Below are positions 13,183 to 26,578 of a DNA stretch of 64,000 bases, one piece after another (position 1 is the stretch's first letter; the number at the start of each line of letters is the position of its first letter). The position numbers were made by a program, and so were the translations under genes. This stretch comes from Octopus vulgaris. Taxonomy: Eukaryota. Under the pieces are notes generated by a model. It saw nothing but the letters and a program-made list of their open reading frames with translations. It made no database searches and was not told the origin of the DNA. The stretch spans positions 18,724,001-18,788,000 of the forward strand of contig OX597830.1 of assembly GCA_951406725.2 (NCBI GenBank), given 5' to 3'.

Positions 13183-13423
13183 GTAAATACCTCTTACTTT
13201 CATTATCTTGCTCTCATTCCTGCTCAACTATGTTTTCGTCTGATACCAAGACTAAATTACTGCCGACATATTTAACCCTTTAGTATTTAAACCAGCCATA
13301 TCCAGCCAAAATAGTTAATCTGTTCTATGTTCAAACTGACCAGATCCAGGCTCTCACACCAATCCTACAATGTTATTCTATATTAAGTAATTACACCATC
13401 AAGATCTTGACGATATGAGATAA

Positions 13424-13688
13424 GCTGGCGAGCTGGCAGAAACGTTAGCACGCCGGGCGAAATGCTTACCGGTATTTCGTCTGCCGCTATGTTCTGAGTT
13501 CAAATTCCGCCGAGGTCGACTTTGCCTTTCATCCTTTTGGGGTCGATTAAATAAGTACCAGTAACGCACTGGGGTCGATTAAATAAGTACCAGTAATGCA
13601 CTGGGGTCGATATAATCGACTTAATTCGTTTGTCTGTCCTTGTTTGTCCTCTCTGTGTTTAGCCCCTTGTGGGTAGTAAAAGAAATAG
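13424..13688 (+). mobile_element. tRNA-derived SINE with Meta-like central domain, nested in a TTAA MITE
   Basis: Head ggcgagctggcagaaacgttagc, B box gagttcaaattcc, central gcctttcatccttttggggtcga...agtaccag, TSD atatgagataa. Many copies (6325-6690, 10603-10800, 17655-17850, 21880-22113, 57089-57307, 57815-58245). Confidence 0.85.
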
Positions 13689-14265
13689 ATATGAGATAAT
13701 GCATGATTAATTCAAATCAATGTGAATCAATGATAGAATAATCTGAACACTAAAGGGTCAATGCAGAGAGTATTAAAAAACTAATGAGGAATAAGAAAAG
13801 AAAGTACATTCTTAGTCAATAACTAATGCTAATATTTTCATTTTCTTAGCTAGTATGGGAGACAACTCTAATCTTATTGTGTTTTCGTTACTGATACTTA
13901 GCTCACCATATCTTTATATGGCTTAGTCAGAGAGGTAAGGTGGTGCTTCAAGACCTTTTCATAGGCGCATTGAGATTGTTTGAAATGGAAGAAAGAGTTA
14001 GCTGTGACGTTCATGCCTATTTCAAGAAAGTTAGAGTAAAGGAAATTGTGCAATCAAGAATCAGACCCCACTAATGTTTCAGAGCTCGCTATAATTATGT
14101 AGGTAATATAAAGGGAGGTTCTGCATTTGATCACAGCTGAATTTGAGCTAAGTTTATCCAGTTGTTTATCTATCAGTTTGTCTGTCTGTCTGTCTATCTA
14201 CATATATATGTGTGTGTGTTTGTATATATATATATATATATATATCATTACAGATATAAGGTAAA

Positions 14266-14660
14266 GAATTATTAATTTAATAATTAATAAATTTTACCAA
14301 GTAGTTTTGGTATGGAAAGAAAACCATTATCAGTAGAAACTTTTACAAAAAGTTTTTTATATATAATTAAGCATAGTTAAGGGTTTAGCAACAATTTGTT
14401 CACCACATACTGAAAATTTAGAAATAGCAGCCAAAGACAGCTCATTCCTTTTACTACAGATATGACTCCACAGTGGAGTCATATCTGTCTTTGGCTGCTA
14501 TTTCTAAATTTTCGGTATGTGGTGAAGCAACTTGTTGCTTAACCCTTAATTATATTTAATTATATATAAAAAAACTTTTGTAAAAGTTTCTACCGATAAT
14601 GGTTCTCTTTCCACACTGAAACTACTTGGTAAAATTTATTAATTATTAAATTAATAATTC
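14266..14660. repeat. ~395-bp palindromic fold-back insertion next to (TA)n
   Basis: Arms are reverse complements around the centre acagatatgactccacagtggagtcatatctgt. Confidence 0.9.
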
Positions 14661-14719
14661 CTTAATTATACACACACACAGAGCTTTATCTCTCTATCTG
14701 TCCACTACTTCTTCCGCAG

Positions 14720-14913
14720 CTTCATTTGGAGCAGTAAGTCCAGCACACCAACACATCCCTACAGCACCCTACCTCCGTGCCACAGCTTTCGCACCATCAC
14801 CATTTTTTTACCCAGTCATGCATCCAATGTTTGCCCGACAGCCGCCTCTCGGTCAAGTCTTGCCGCCTTCATCTCAACCAATTGCTCATCCAATTCCAAA
14901 GCATGAACCCCAG
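14720..14913 (+). CDS. Gli: Gli coding exon f (phase 1/0)
   Basis: cttccgcag acceptor, CAG/GTAGGT donor. Encodes Pro-rich SFGAVSPAHQHIP...PIPKHEPQ. Confidence 0.85.
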
Positions 14914-15129
14914 GTAGGTAAAATCCAAAACCTTCCATGTGCCTCTAACCCTCACCAACTGTGTTTTATTCTTATTTTATTTTTGTTGTTTCTTTTTCTG
15001 TCTTAATTATTCAAATATATGCACAGGTGTGGCTGTGTGGTTAAGAAGTTTGCTTCCAAACAACATTGTTTCAGGTTCATTCCCACTGTTTGGCACCTTG
15101 GGCAAGTATCTTCTACTATATCTCTAGGT

Positions 15130-15330
15130 CAGTGCTTTTCAAACTTTTTGCTGGAGCGGAACCCCAAGGAAACATTCCACTGGCTCAAGGAACCACTGTG
15201 CAATAATTTAATAGTCTTATGCACACATATCTGCACAGGAGAATTAAAAATTATTGCCTATTTTAGCAGTTTTGTAACTTCTTGCGGAATCCCTGGACTG
15301 TACTGGCGGAACCCTGGTTGAAAACCACTG
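15130..15330. mobile_element. hAT MITE nested in a CORE-like SINE
   Basis: Copy of 2349-2549; TSD ctctaggt/ctctaggc. Confidence 0.85.
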
Positions 15331-16499
15331 CTCTAGGCTGACCAAAGCTTTGTGACTGAATTTGGTAAACAGAAATTGGAAGAAATCCATTGTATATGTA
15401 TATGCATGAATGTACCTATGGATGGATGTCTTTATGTTTGTGTCCCTTTGTCTTGACATTGGGTAGTAATTGTAGATGAGTCTCACTGTCATACAAGCAG
15501 TGTTGTTTGTTTTTGATATTCCTTGAAAACTTGTCTGGTCATGAGGAAATATTACCTTGCATGGAAACAGGTTGTGCAAAAATTTGAAATCAGTATTACA
15601 CACCACAAACAAACAAACACATACCTCTTCTCACACACACACACACATATACACAAATAAACGCATGCACACGCATGCAGCAATCAGTCAGTAATTTTGA
15701 AATAACAGCCAGAACTCTCCCAGATTATCCTCTATGTAAGAACTGAACACATTAGATTTGTACATTTAAAAAACCTCGGATGGCCCCAATAGCCGGAATG
15801 TATTTGATCATAAGTCTGCTCAGAAAGGGTTTTCCTGGTGCTAAGCAACAACACACACACAACTTCCATTTTATGGATTTCTTGATTTACATTTGTGCTC
15901 TAGATTTGCTCAGTTAGGGTTGACCTGGGGTTGTACAACATCAAGAACATATAGACACTCTATACCAGTGATTCCAAACATGGGGTTTATGCCTCACTGG
16001 TGGGACCTGGGGAAATTGTGGTGGAGTGTGAGATCCCAAATCTTTTCTTTTTTTTTTTTAACCTTATTTTGTTTAGTGTGGTTTTAATGTTGTCGAAGAT
16101 TTGCTTTGAGCCAAAAGAGGCAAACTTGAAATGACAAATGGTGGTGATTCATGACTGAAGCTAATAAAATTGTCTCCTCGAATCAAGGAAATCTGCCATT
16201 ATTACCAGGCACAAGATTCTCATTAAAGCTGTACAACCATACTAAAATGACTTCACATGTGCTTGTGCCATGTAAAAAGCACTCAGTCCACTCTGCAGGG
16301 TGAATGGTGTTAGGAACGGCATCCAACCATAAAAACAATGCCAAAACAGACCCAGGCTCCTGCCTGGCCAGCTCTTGTCAAACCATCCAACCCGTGCCAG
16401 CATGGGAAGCGGACGTTAAATGATGATGATGATGACTACCAAATAAGTAGTATTATACCAATGATAATACAAAACCAATAGCTGTCCTATAACACTAAT

Positions 16500-17042
16500 A
16501 TAAGAGAACAAGGTGTACGTTACGCCGCAATAATATATGTATATAAATTATATATAAAAATACAAAATGGGACAAGAACGCAAAACACACAAAGAGACGA
16601 CACAAAAAACGGACGGGTCATTCGAAGCCTCTAATCTTCAGTCAGGAACCGGATCGTCATAGCAAATTTTGGCTGATTAATCCTGATATCGCTCCGATCC
16701 GGCCAGCTCCAAGGAAAAACTAAGCTGCGAGCATTAGATTTCTTGGAAAAAAGATCGAATGTAAACGAAACAAGGACAGAAAAACGGACGATGCCACACG
16801 AATATAAATACAAAAAACAAAAATAAAAATAAAAGACAAGAATAGTAATAACAGAGCAAAAACAGCAGGTGTCTTACGACTTTAGACAGTTTAACTTATC
16901 TTAGCTGGCATATTTTGAAATAAATGCCTTTGCGGCAGACGAAGAAAACGGTGCTGTCGTGGCGGCGGTCAAAGGCCGAAAGGCTAGTTGACCAGCGGTC
17001 ACGTGAGAGGAGAGAAGAAGAGAGAGAAAACCAGGGGGCATT
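16500..17042. mobile_element. CpG-rich insertion of unknown family with 13-bp TSD
   Basis: ctataacactaat at 16487-16499 and 17043-17055. Confidence 0.7.
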
Positions 17043-17410
17043 CTATAACACTAATGGTACTCTAGCAGTAAATATGAAGATAATGGTTACTTAAAATAAT
17101 AAAAAATAAAAACTAGAACAAAGCTTTCATTTATTGTTTTTAGTTTTGCAGTTATTAGTATTGTATTGAAATGTCCTCATTGGTGAGTATTTGTCACTAA
17201 AATCCCATGTAACGTTATAGTTATTCTAATGGTTTACTAAGGAGGTTTAATATGACTGAAACATGTCACTATTACCAAATATCATACTCATACTAAGTGC
17301 ATGTTCTCATTGAAATTTTTAATCAATTTCAATTTTAGAGTTATCTCCCTTGCCATTGACAATTATCATTAAAATGAACAATTATGCTTCTTTTCTTTTT
17401 ACTCAATATA

Positions 17411-17638
17411 TAGGGTTGGTTAAAAGTCACCTGACAGTAAATCAAAACCATTTAATTCCAAGATTTATTTATGTTTAACAACTCAATGAATTTAATAAAA
17501 GCATCTAAATATGAAACATGAAAATTGTTCAAACTGAAGTCCTTGAGTGACACATTTTTTCAATTCGAGTCATTACAGAATTACAGAAAGTATTTATGGA
17601 ATTTTGATTTACTGGCAGGTGACTTTTGGCCAACCCTG
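17411..17638. mobile_element. Tc1/mariner-type MITE
   Basis: TA-flanked TIRs agggttggttaaaagtcacctgacagtaaatcaaaa / ttttgatttactggcaggtgacttttggccaaccctg. Confidence 0.75.
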
Positions 17639-17986
17639 TACGTATCTATTTGTTTCAGTTTTTGGCTTGAGACCAGCAGGTTTGGAGTGGTGATAAATTG
17701 ATTACATCAATCCCAGTGTTCAACTGGTACTTTATTTTATCAATTCCTAAAGGATGAAAGGCAAAGTTGAGCCTGGTAGCATTTGAAGTCAGAAAAAATG
17801 CTGCCAAGCATTTTTCCTGGCATGGTAATGACTCAGCCAGCATGCCACCTTCTTTTTGCTCAATATATTAATATGAAAGCATGTTAGCCTTCACTTAATT
17901 ATGTATTTTTCATGCTGTAGGCAGTTTGAGAGATTTTTCTTTTATCATTGTCTTTCATTGATGTTTTGTATTTTTCCTTCTACCAG

Positions 17987-18107
17987 ATGTCATCCTCCAC
18001 AAGCAAGTGTGATGCAGGTAGTAGTGTGGTCAGTAGTAGTACAATGGAACAAGCAGCAGACATATTTAAACGATCCAAAATTAAAAAAGAAGTGGAATGC
18101 CTCCAAG
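17987..18107 (+). CDS. Gli: Gli coding exon g (phase 0/1)
   Basis: taccag acceptor, AAG/GTAAGT donor. Encodes SSVVSSSTMEQAADIFKRSKIKKE, similar to GLI3 SAVSSTGDPMHNKRSKIK. Confidence 0.9.
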
Positions 18108-19356
18108 GTAAGTTAACATACTCTACACCATACAAAATTTTAAAAATCGAAGGAAGCTGGCAAGGGAACCATGTGATCACTCAAACTTTCCAGAAATAAC
18201 AGCAAAATTTTTCTTTGATTCATACATTGCCCTCATCAAAAAGAAAGAAAACATTAGATAATGTACTCTTAGATATACTATACCAAGAAAAATGATGGGA
18301 TGATGATAGTTGGGTTACTGTTGGTCAATGGTCTATTTTGCAATGGTTGACCAGGAGCTAGCTACACAGCTACAAAATGAAATGAAGGTAACCAATGAAG
18401 AAATCTTAGTGTGGCTGCCTGATCTTCTAGAAAAAGTAGCTAAATCTTCCTCAAATCACATCCTAGTATCTTTAGAAGAGAATACATTTGATAATGCAGT
18501 CCTAAATGAATGTCTGAATAAGACAGGATGATTGTAGATGGAGAAATTCTGATCATATTGGCTTCCTTGTTCAAAGCTAACCATAAGTTAGTCTTGAACT
18601 GCGTTTAGTTTTTTCTCCTCAAAATATGAGTTTTCTAGAATTCCCTCCATGTCCATATTTTTACTGCAGCCATCAACTTAAAGTTATTCACAGCTGGTCT
18701 CAGGGGATCTATGAAGTTTATAGGCACAACACCATCCCCTAGACCTAATCACAAAAAAAAAAGAATTAATTTACCTGCTTAGACGAAAAAATTGATCTTT
18801 GTTGGCAGAGAAGAATATTCAGTTAATTGAGTGAGAATTACTTACATACCTGTATATTAACAATTCAAGTTGAAAACTAATAACAAATATACTGGTAGAT
18901 ATTGAGCCAGGCATAGCTTAGTCTTTCTTTCTCTGTTACTTCTCTCTTTGTGTGTGTTTGTGTATGTATAAGAGCACCCCGTCGGTTACGACGACGAGGG
19001 TATCAGATGATATGATCAACGGAAGAGCTTGCTCATGAAATTAACGTGCAAGTGATTGAGCAATCAACAGACAGGCATACCTGTAACGTAGTTCTCAGGG
19101 GGATTCAGCGTGACACAGAGTGTGACAAGGCCGGTCCTTTGAATTACAGGTACAACTCATTTTTGCCAGCTTAGTGGACTGGAGCAAAGTGAAATAAAGT
19201 GTCTTGTTTAAGGACACAATGTGTCGCTGGGAATTGAACTCACGACTTTACAATCGTGAGCCGAATGCCCCTAACCACTAAGCCACGCACCTTATTATAT
19301 ATGCTAGCATGGAAAACGGACGCTAAACGATGATGATGATGATGATGATGATGATG

Positions 19357-19391
<35 letters not shown>

Positions 19392-20317
19392 CACATACAC
19401 AGCTATATATGAATGCATATACACATGCACACACATACACACACCATGTATTTGAGAGGCAAACATGCTTTAAACAGGTGTTGTTTCTTTTTCTTCTTCC
19501 TTTTTTTTTTTACTCTATTTTAATAAAGTGTTCACCTGAAATGTCCATCTACTTCTTTTTCTTTTGCTTTTTTTAGTGTAGAATTCACCATACACAACTT
19601 TCTGTGTTAATTCTTTTGGAGTCTGTGTGTCTACATTTTGTCCTCTTCTCTTTGAATTTTTGTCTTCCTATTTTAACTTCTCACATTGTCCAATTGCCCA
19701 TCTCTTATACTCTTGTTCCATTTGTGCTATTTTACCCATCTATGTATTCATATATACGTACATGCACACACACAAATATACATATATATGTATGTGTGTG
19801 TGTGTGTAATATATATATATATATATAAATTTAAATTACGAAGAACATAAACAAATGAAGTTTGCTTTAGAAGTGTTGAGATGTCTTAGAAAGTTAAAGT
19901 GACATTAAATTCTCAAATGCAGGATAATGCTAATAATATAGCCTGAACAGGATAAGCTACCCCTATAGGATAAGCTACTACCTATAGGGGTAGCTTATCC
20001 TGTTCAGGCTATATTATTAGCATTATCCTGCATTTGAGAATTTGAATATATATATATATTTATATTAAATTAGAGATAAAACCACTATTAGGCAAATCAA
20101 ACAGTGAAAAACATAAACCAAAACATAGAAATAAAATTAATTAATATAATATACAAAATTTAAAAAAATTTTTTAAATTATTAATTTATATTTATCTCTA
20201 ATTTAATATATAAATATATATATTTATTCTGTAAAATTAGATTTAATCCTAAATCTAATTTTTCCCTGTAAGTTTGGATTTACTCCCTAATATTATTATA
20301 TATATATATATATATAT

Positions 20318-20690
20318 AACCATCCGATCATGGCCGTTACCAGCGCTGCCGCGGCTGGCCTCCGTGCCGGTGGCACGTAAAAAGCATCATCCGATCGTGG
20401 CCATTGCCAGCCTCGCCTGGCCCCCGTGCTGGTGGCACATAAAAACCACCATCCGTCCGTGGCCGTTTGCCAGCTCCGTCTGGCACCTGTGCGGGTGGCA
20501 CGTAAAAAGCACCCACTACACTCACGGAGTGGTTGGCGTTAGGAAGGGCATCCAGCCGTAGAAACACTGCCAGATCAGACTGGGCCTGATGCAGCCTTCT
20601 GGCTTTACAGACCCCAGTTGAACCGTCCAACCCATGCTAGCATGGAAAGCGGACGCTAAAAGATGATGATGATGATGATGATGATGATGA
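20318..20690 (+). mobile_element. Retroposon with tandem ~62-67-bp structured modules, AGGAAGGGCATCCAGC core and (GAT)n tail
   Basis: Related copies at 12470-12700, 16255-16435, 26865-27165, 28505-28890, 36305-36600(-), 40090-40250, 49375-49550. Confidence 0.75.
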
Positions 20691-20724
20691 TATATATATA
20701 TATAAACTTATTTTTAAATAGCAG

Positions 20725-20885
20725 TGTCTGACCCTGGTGAAGAAGATGAAGAAAAAGCCTGTGCTGAAGATTTGCAGAGAGGCAGCAATCATATTCCACA
20801 AGAAGGTGAACCAGACTTCATTGAGACCAATTGTCACTGGGATGAATGCTTAAGGGAATTCGAAACCCAAGAAGATCTGGTTCGG
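20725..20885 (+). CDS. Gli: Gli coding exon h, start of zinc finger 1 (alternative acceptor at 20722)
   Basis: TAGCAG tandem acceptor, CGG/GTATGT donor. Encodes EGEPDFIETNCHWDECLREFETQEDLVR. Confidence 0.93.
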
Positions 20886-21246
20886 GTATGTAAATTGGTC
20901 TATTCTATTCTAATCTATTTTTGTCATCTTAGTATATATTGTTGTTGTCAGTCTTGACCCCCACCCCAGAGGATTACAATGGCATTCTGTCCAGGACCAT
21001 AGCACCCTATTGTATATCAAGAATTGCATTATCTAATGCATCTTTCTTTATTTAAGCTGGTAGAATGTAATGTGAAACGGAGTTTGGTTCTGTTTCTAAC
21101 AGCCTGATTGAGCCTTCAGGTTTTTTTACTTGCTTGTGCTTTGTACATACATATATTGATCATCTTTAATATCTGCTCTTGTTTGTTGGCAACATTTGGA
21201 GAGAGCATTTTGAGGCAGTGTTTTACTGCTGGAAACCAACCCTCTT

Positions 21247-21550
21247 GTGGAGGCACAAAGCCTAGTGGTTAGAGCAGCGGACTCGCGGTCGAGGGATCGC
21301 AGGATCGAATCTCAGACCGGGCGATGTGTGTGTTTATGAGCGAAAACACCTAAGCTCCACGCAGCCCCGGCAGAAGGTAATGGCGAACTTCTGCTGACTC
21401 TTTCGCCACAACTTTCTCTCACTCTTTCCTCCTGCATCTTGCAGCTCACCTGCAACGGACCAGCGTCCCGTCCAGGTGGGGAGCCTATACGCCAAGAAAC
21501 CGGGAAACCGGCCCTTATGAGCCAAGCACGGCTCGAAGGAACAAACAAAC
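21247..21550 (+). mobile_element. tRNA-derived OR-like SINE, full length
   Basis: TSD aaaccaaccctctt (21233-21246, 21551-21564); tRNA head; (AAAC)n tail. Confidence 0.85.
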
Positions 21551-23406
21551 AAACCAACCCTCTTAGTCTCCTCTTGTAACACACAGAGGTATGGTGTACC
21601 ACTTCTAAAGAGCGAGATACACATAGTTTATAGTTACACAAACGTTTTTGTGCAACAGATAAAATATTCAGTGGGATTTTTTTTTTTTTATGTCCAGTAG
21701 CAAGATTTAAAACTGAACTGACAAATTGCCAAGTTAAAATCACAGCTTAGCAACAGCTTTTACATGTGATTGGCCAAGTTATGGACTAATCAGCATTGAG
21801 ACACCACTTGATAGATCTTTCTAGAAGCTGCTAGAATGTTCCTTTACAAAACTTATAAATATGTATGTTTTGAGTGCCAAAGGCGGTGAGCTGGCAGAAA
21901 CGTTAGCATGCCGGGCGAACTGCTTAGGGGTATTTCGTCCGCCACTGCATTCTGAGTTCAAATTCTGCAGAGGTCGACTTTGCCTTTCATCCTTTCGAGG
22001 TTGATAAATTAAGTACCAGTTACACACTGGGGTCGATGGGAGCGACTTAATCCATTTGTCTGTCCTTGTTTGTCCCCTCTGTGTTTAGCCCCTTGTGGGT
22101 AGTAAAGAAATAGGTATGTTTTGAGTACCAAACTTCAGTTTGTGACTGTCCACAGCTGAGATAACCACATTCGTATTTTTACTGCTTCAGCAGTCCTTCT
22201 CATGACTTTTGCACAACTTAGACAACAGCTCTAGTTCACCAACATGAACCCAGTGTGTACATTTTCTCCTGTTTCGGTAGCATAATTACAGAGCCTTCTT
22301 TATCAACTATTTATAAGAGCTACAGACTAAAGGCGGTGATCCAGCATGGCCACAGTCAAATGACTGAAACACGTAAAAGAGTAAACCACTAAGAACTTTA
22401 CAAATTTGAAACCAATGGTCGCTCCCTGACCAGCCATAACAAACAACTTTTCAAGTGTTACTGCTCTAGAGATTTAGTGTGCTTCTTGTTGGATTTATGA
22501 ACTACTGACTGATTGTGTGTATGTGTACACACACACGCGCGCACACACTCACACACACACACATGAGGGGTTTTTGTACAATTTCCGAGATCTACTCTTA
22601 AGGCATTGATCAACTTGTAGTCAAAGACACTTGCCTTTGGCGTCACACATTGCAATTGAATCTAGAGCTTATTAACCATTGACCTATTTCTGAATGCTCC
22701 AAAATACTCTTCCATGGAACAACAACAGAGTCTTAGATTAAATTTCCAACTGAACAGGAAATAGAAAAACATACACAAATTGTCATATTTGCCCCCAAAT
22801 AACCATTGTGTCTTTGTTGAGAAATTAGGAGTAAAATAACAAGAAGAGAGATTTTTATTTCCTATCTGTTTAAAACAGTCCACAACTAAGCACTGGTTTT
22901 ATGGAAGTGAGTTATAAAGAAATTTATCAGGACCATTGGGGCAAGTGTCTTCTACCATAACCTCAGATTCACTTAAACATTTTGAGTTAATCTGGATAGA
23001 GTCTGTTAAATGGATCCTACCAGTTCTTTGTTGGTATACTTAAATAATCATCTGATTTGATATCACCACCTCCTCTTTTCATTTTGCATTGTTCTTTCTG
23101 ATTTTGTTTCAGTTTCTTTTTCTGTTCTTTCTGTTTAACACTTTTGATACCAACCTGGCCAAAACCGCCTCTGGCTCTGTAGTACAAATGTCTTACTTTC
23201 ATAAGTATTGAATTAAAATCTTCCACCAAACCTTAGTCACAATTTATGTTCCCAACACTATCCTAATGATAACTAAGTTTTTTTTTAACTAAATTCCTCG
23301 TTATAATTAAAATTAATTGAATGAAACACAGAGCATCTCAAAAAAAAATATAGTAACGAAAGGGTTAAATTTGTTAACATCTGAATAAAATGTTGTTTTG
23401 TTTTAG

Positions 23407-23556
23407 CATATTAACCAAGACCACATCCAGTTGAACAAGAAATCCTTTGTGTGCAAGTGGAGGGAATGTAACCGAGAAGAGAAACCTTTTAAGGCCCAGT
23501 ACATGCTGGTCGTCCACATGAGACGACATACAGGAGAAAAACCCCATAAATGCTCA
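23407..23556 (+). CDS. Gli: Gli coding exon i, ZF1 end and ZF2 (150 nt, phase 0/0)
   Basis: Encodes [50 protein letters not shown]. ttttag acceptor, GTAAGT donor. Confidence 0.97.
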
Positions 23557-24317
23557 GTAAGTTCTCCCTGATTCACATTAATCTATCACTGTATTTGTTT
23601 GGGGTTTTACTTTGTGTATTTTGTGTTATCCCTAAATTTAATTAGTAGCTGACTGAAACTGATATGGTGTCAGACTGTGGACTAAAGGGTCTCTTTTACT
23701 TGTTTCAGTCATTTGACTGGCCATGCTAGAGCACCACCTTTAGTCGAACAAATCGACCCCAGGGCTTATTCTTTGTAAGCCTAGTACTTATTATTCTATC
23801 GGTCTCTTTTGCCGATCTGCTAAGTTACGGGGATGTAAACACACCAGCATCGGTTGTCAAGCAATGTTGGAGGGACACAGACACACATGCATCTACACAC
23901 ACATACATATATATGCATATATACAACGGGCTTCTTTCAGTTTCCGTTTACCAAATCCACTCACAAGGCTTTGGTCGGCCCGAGGCTATAGTAGAAGACA
24001 CTTGCCCAAGGTGCCATGCAGTGGGACTGAACCCAGAACCATGTGGTTCGTAAGCAAGCTACTTACCACACAGCCACTCCTATGCCTATTTATGTTTTCT
24101 CATCAATTCTACATTATGTTTGTGGCAATAATACTGATTCCTCAGATGGTTTAGTCCCAAACTCACTTCTGTAAAAAAATCTGAAGTATTTTGTAATTGA
24201 CAGATGTTTTATGAAATTTCAGCATTGAATAAAAATTTTACAATAAGTGTAGCTTGAAATGTAAGGAATTCCTCCAGGTTAACTTCATCTTTACCACTAT
24301 CTATTTATCTAAAAAAA

Positions 24318-24359
<42 letters not shown>

Positions 24360-24360
24360 G

Positions 24361-24405
<45 letters not shown>

Positions 24406-24870
24406 GTGCAGAGACCCCCTTCAGTCATGAATGACCATGGGATTGCACCGAGAAAGTTACCCTCCAAGGCACAAGTCTTGTTTATGGAAGACCAGCAGTC
24501 GCCCATGCATACCAGCCTCCTCCTCTCTGCGCCACCGATGTTATCCAAGGGAAAAGCAAAGGCCGATACAGCTTGGCACCTGTGACGTCGCACTTCATTT
24601 CTATGATGAAAGGTAAAGTCAACCTTGGCAGAATTTGAACTCAGAACATAGCAACAGGCGAAATACCATTAAGCCTTTCGTCCAGCATGCTAACGATTCT
24701 GCCAGCTCACCAACAGCAATAATGCTGATGATGATGATAATAACTATAATAATAATTTCAAAAGTTTGGCACAGGGCCAATAATTTTGGGAGAGTGGGTA
24801 AGTGAATTACTGGAGAGGAGGAGGTTGTGGCCTCCACTATTGATTTTCATATTGTATTTGTTTTCTTTAA

Positions 24871-25119
<249 letters not shown>

Positions 25120-26058
25120 TAGTCATGCAAATCGACCCCAGGACTTATTCTTTGGAAGCCTAGTACATATTCTATCGGTCTCTTTTGCCGAACCGCTAAA
25201 TTACGGGGATATAAACACACCACCATCGGTTGTTAAGCAATGTTGGGGGGACAAACACAGACACACAAACATATACACACACATACATATATATATATAT
25301 ACATATACATATATACGACGGGCTTCTTTCAGTTTCCGTCAACCAAATCCACTCACAAGGCCTTGGTCGGCCTGAGGCTATAGTAGAAGACACTTGCCCA
25401 AGGTGCCACACAGTGGGACTGAACCCGGAACCATGTGGTTGGTAAGCAAGCTACTTACCACATGGCCACTCCTGCGCCTGTACACTTAATGATTTTCCTG
25501 CCAGCATGTCACTTTGAGGATGACACTAATATTAGTATGAACAGCAGCCTTTCTTGGATTCATGCCGACTACCACACATCATATTTTAAAGGCTTTGCAT
25601 TCGCAATCCAAAAGCTAGAGATTGCTACAGAGTACCTTGTAAACAAAAAACGAACCCATCCATTACATGAGTGCAAGTATATCCACACATGCACACTAAC
25701 TCAGTCACATATTCACAAATCCCTATAAATCTCTTGATCCCCAAAGAAAAATGCTTCGGTGCCTTGTTAGTAATAGGCTTGAATGATTTAATAAGAACTT
25801 GAATAAATCTCAGAAAACTAAATATGCTTTATTCCTCCTTAACTCTTTTTTGATATTAACCCAACAGAGTTGGTTCTTTGATACAAATTTCCTGTCTTTA
25901 ACTGATGTGGATTTAAAACTTCCATCAAAATTTCAAGCTAACTTATGTTTTAAACACCAACTTAATATGACAGTTATTTTACTAAATTCTTCATTATTTT
26001 CAAAGTTAATTAAAACAAATGCAGTTTGTTCCAAGAAAAACAGAGTAAGGAAGGGTTA

Positions 26059-26578
26059 CCGTAAATCCTCGAGTATAGTCCACCCTTGAGTATAATATGC
26101 AGGTTTTTTTTAGGGGGCTGTACCGCCTAAAAACCTAAACCTTGTATATAATACGCACCCCTTCTCTAACTTGAGTCGTGCATAATTAAGCCAGCAGCAC
26201 CTAGTCGAACAAACACTTCCGTGCATGCATAATACAATAATGGTGGTATTCTTAACTGTTATATGGGAATGTAAATGTTTGCAAATTGTGTTTGTTACAT
26301 GTTATTCTGTGTTCTGAATGCTTTTATTTTAATAAATGTTTCTTACTGCAAGTTATGGATGATTCTTTTATGACTTCATTGCTTTCAGGCTTAGCTTAAG
26401 GTATTTTCACGCCCGACATCACAAAATGCGTCTGAATAAACATTGCCGGACAGCTACTAGAGACTTGGACACTGCTTAGAAAATATTTTTCATTTTTAAC
26501 CTTGTATATAGTACGCATGAGGAATTTTGACCTTTAAATTTTGGGAAAAAAATGCGGATTATACTCAAGGACTTACGG
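26059..26578. mobile_element. TA-flanked CCGTA-terminated MITE (Tc2/pogo-like)
   Basis: TIR ccgtaaatcctcgagtata / tatactcaaggacttacgg. Inverted copy at 59187-59700. Confidence 0.85.

Noticed and set aside
16611-16650. CTGAAGA...CGAA hammerhead candidate on the - strand
   Set aside because: GAAA is incomplete and the stems are incompatible with the core register.
20393-20450. HDV-like ribozyme resemblance (ggcc...cagcctcgcctggc)
   Set aside because: The nested double pseudoknot (P1.1, P2) and catalytic C context could not be assembled.
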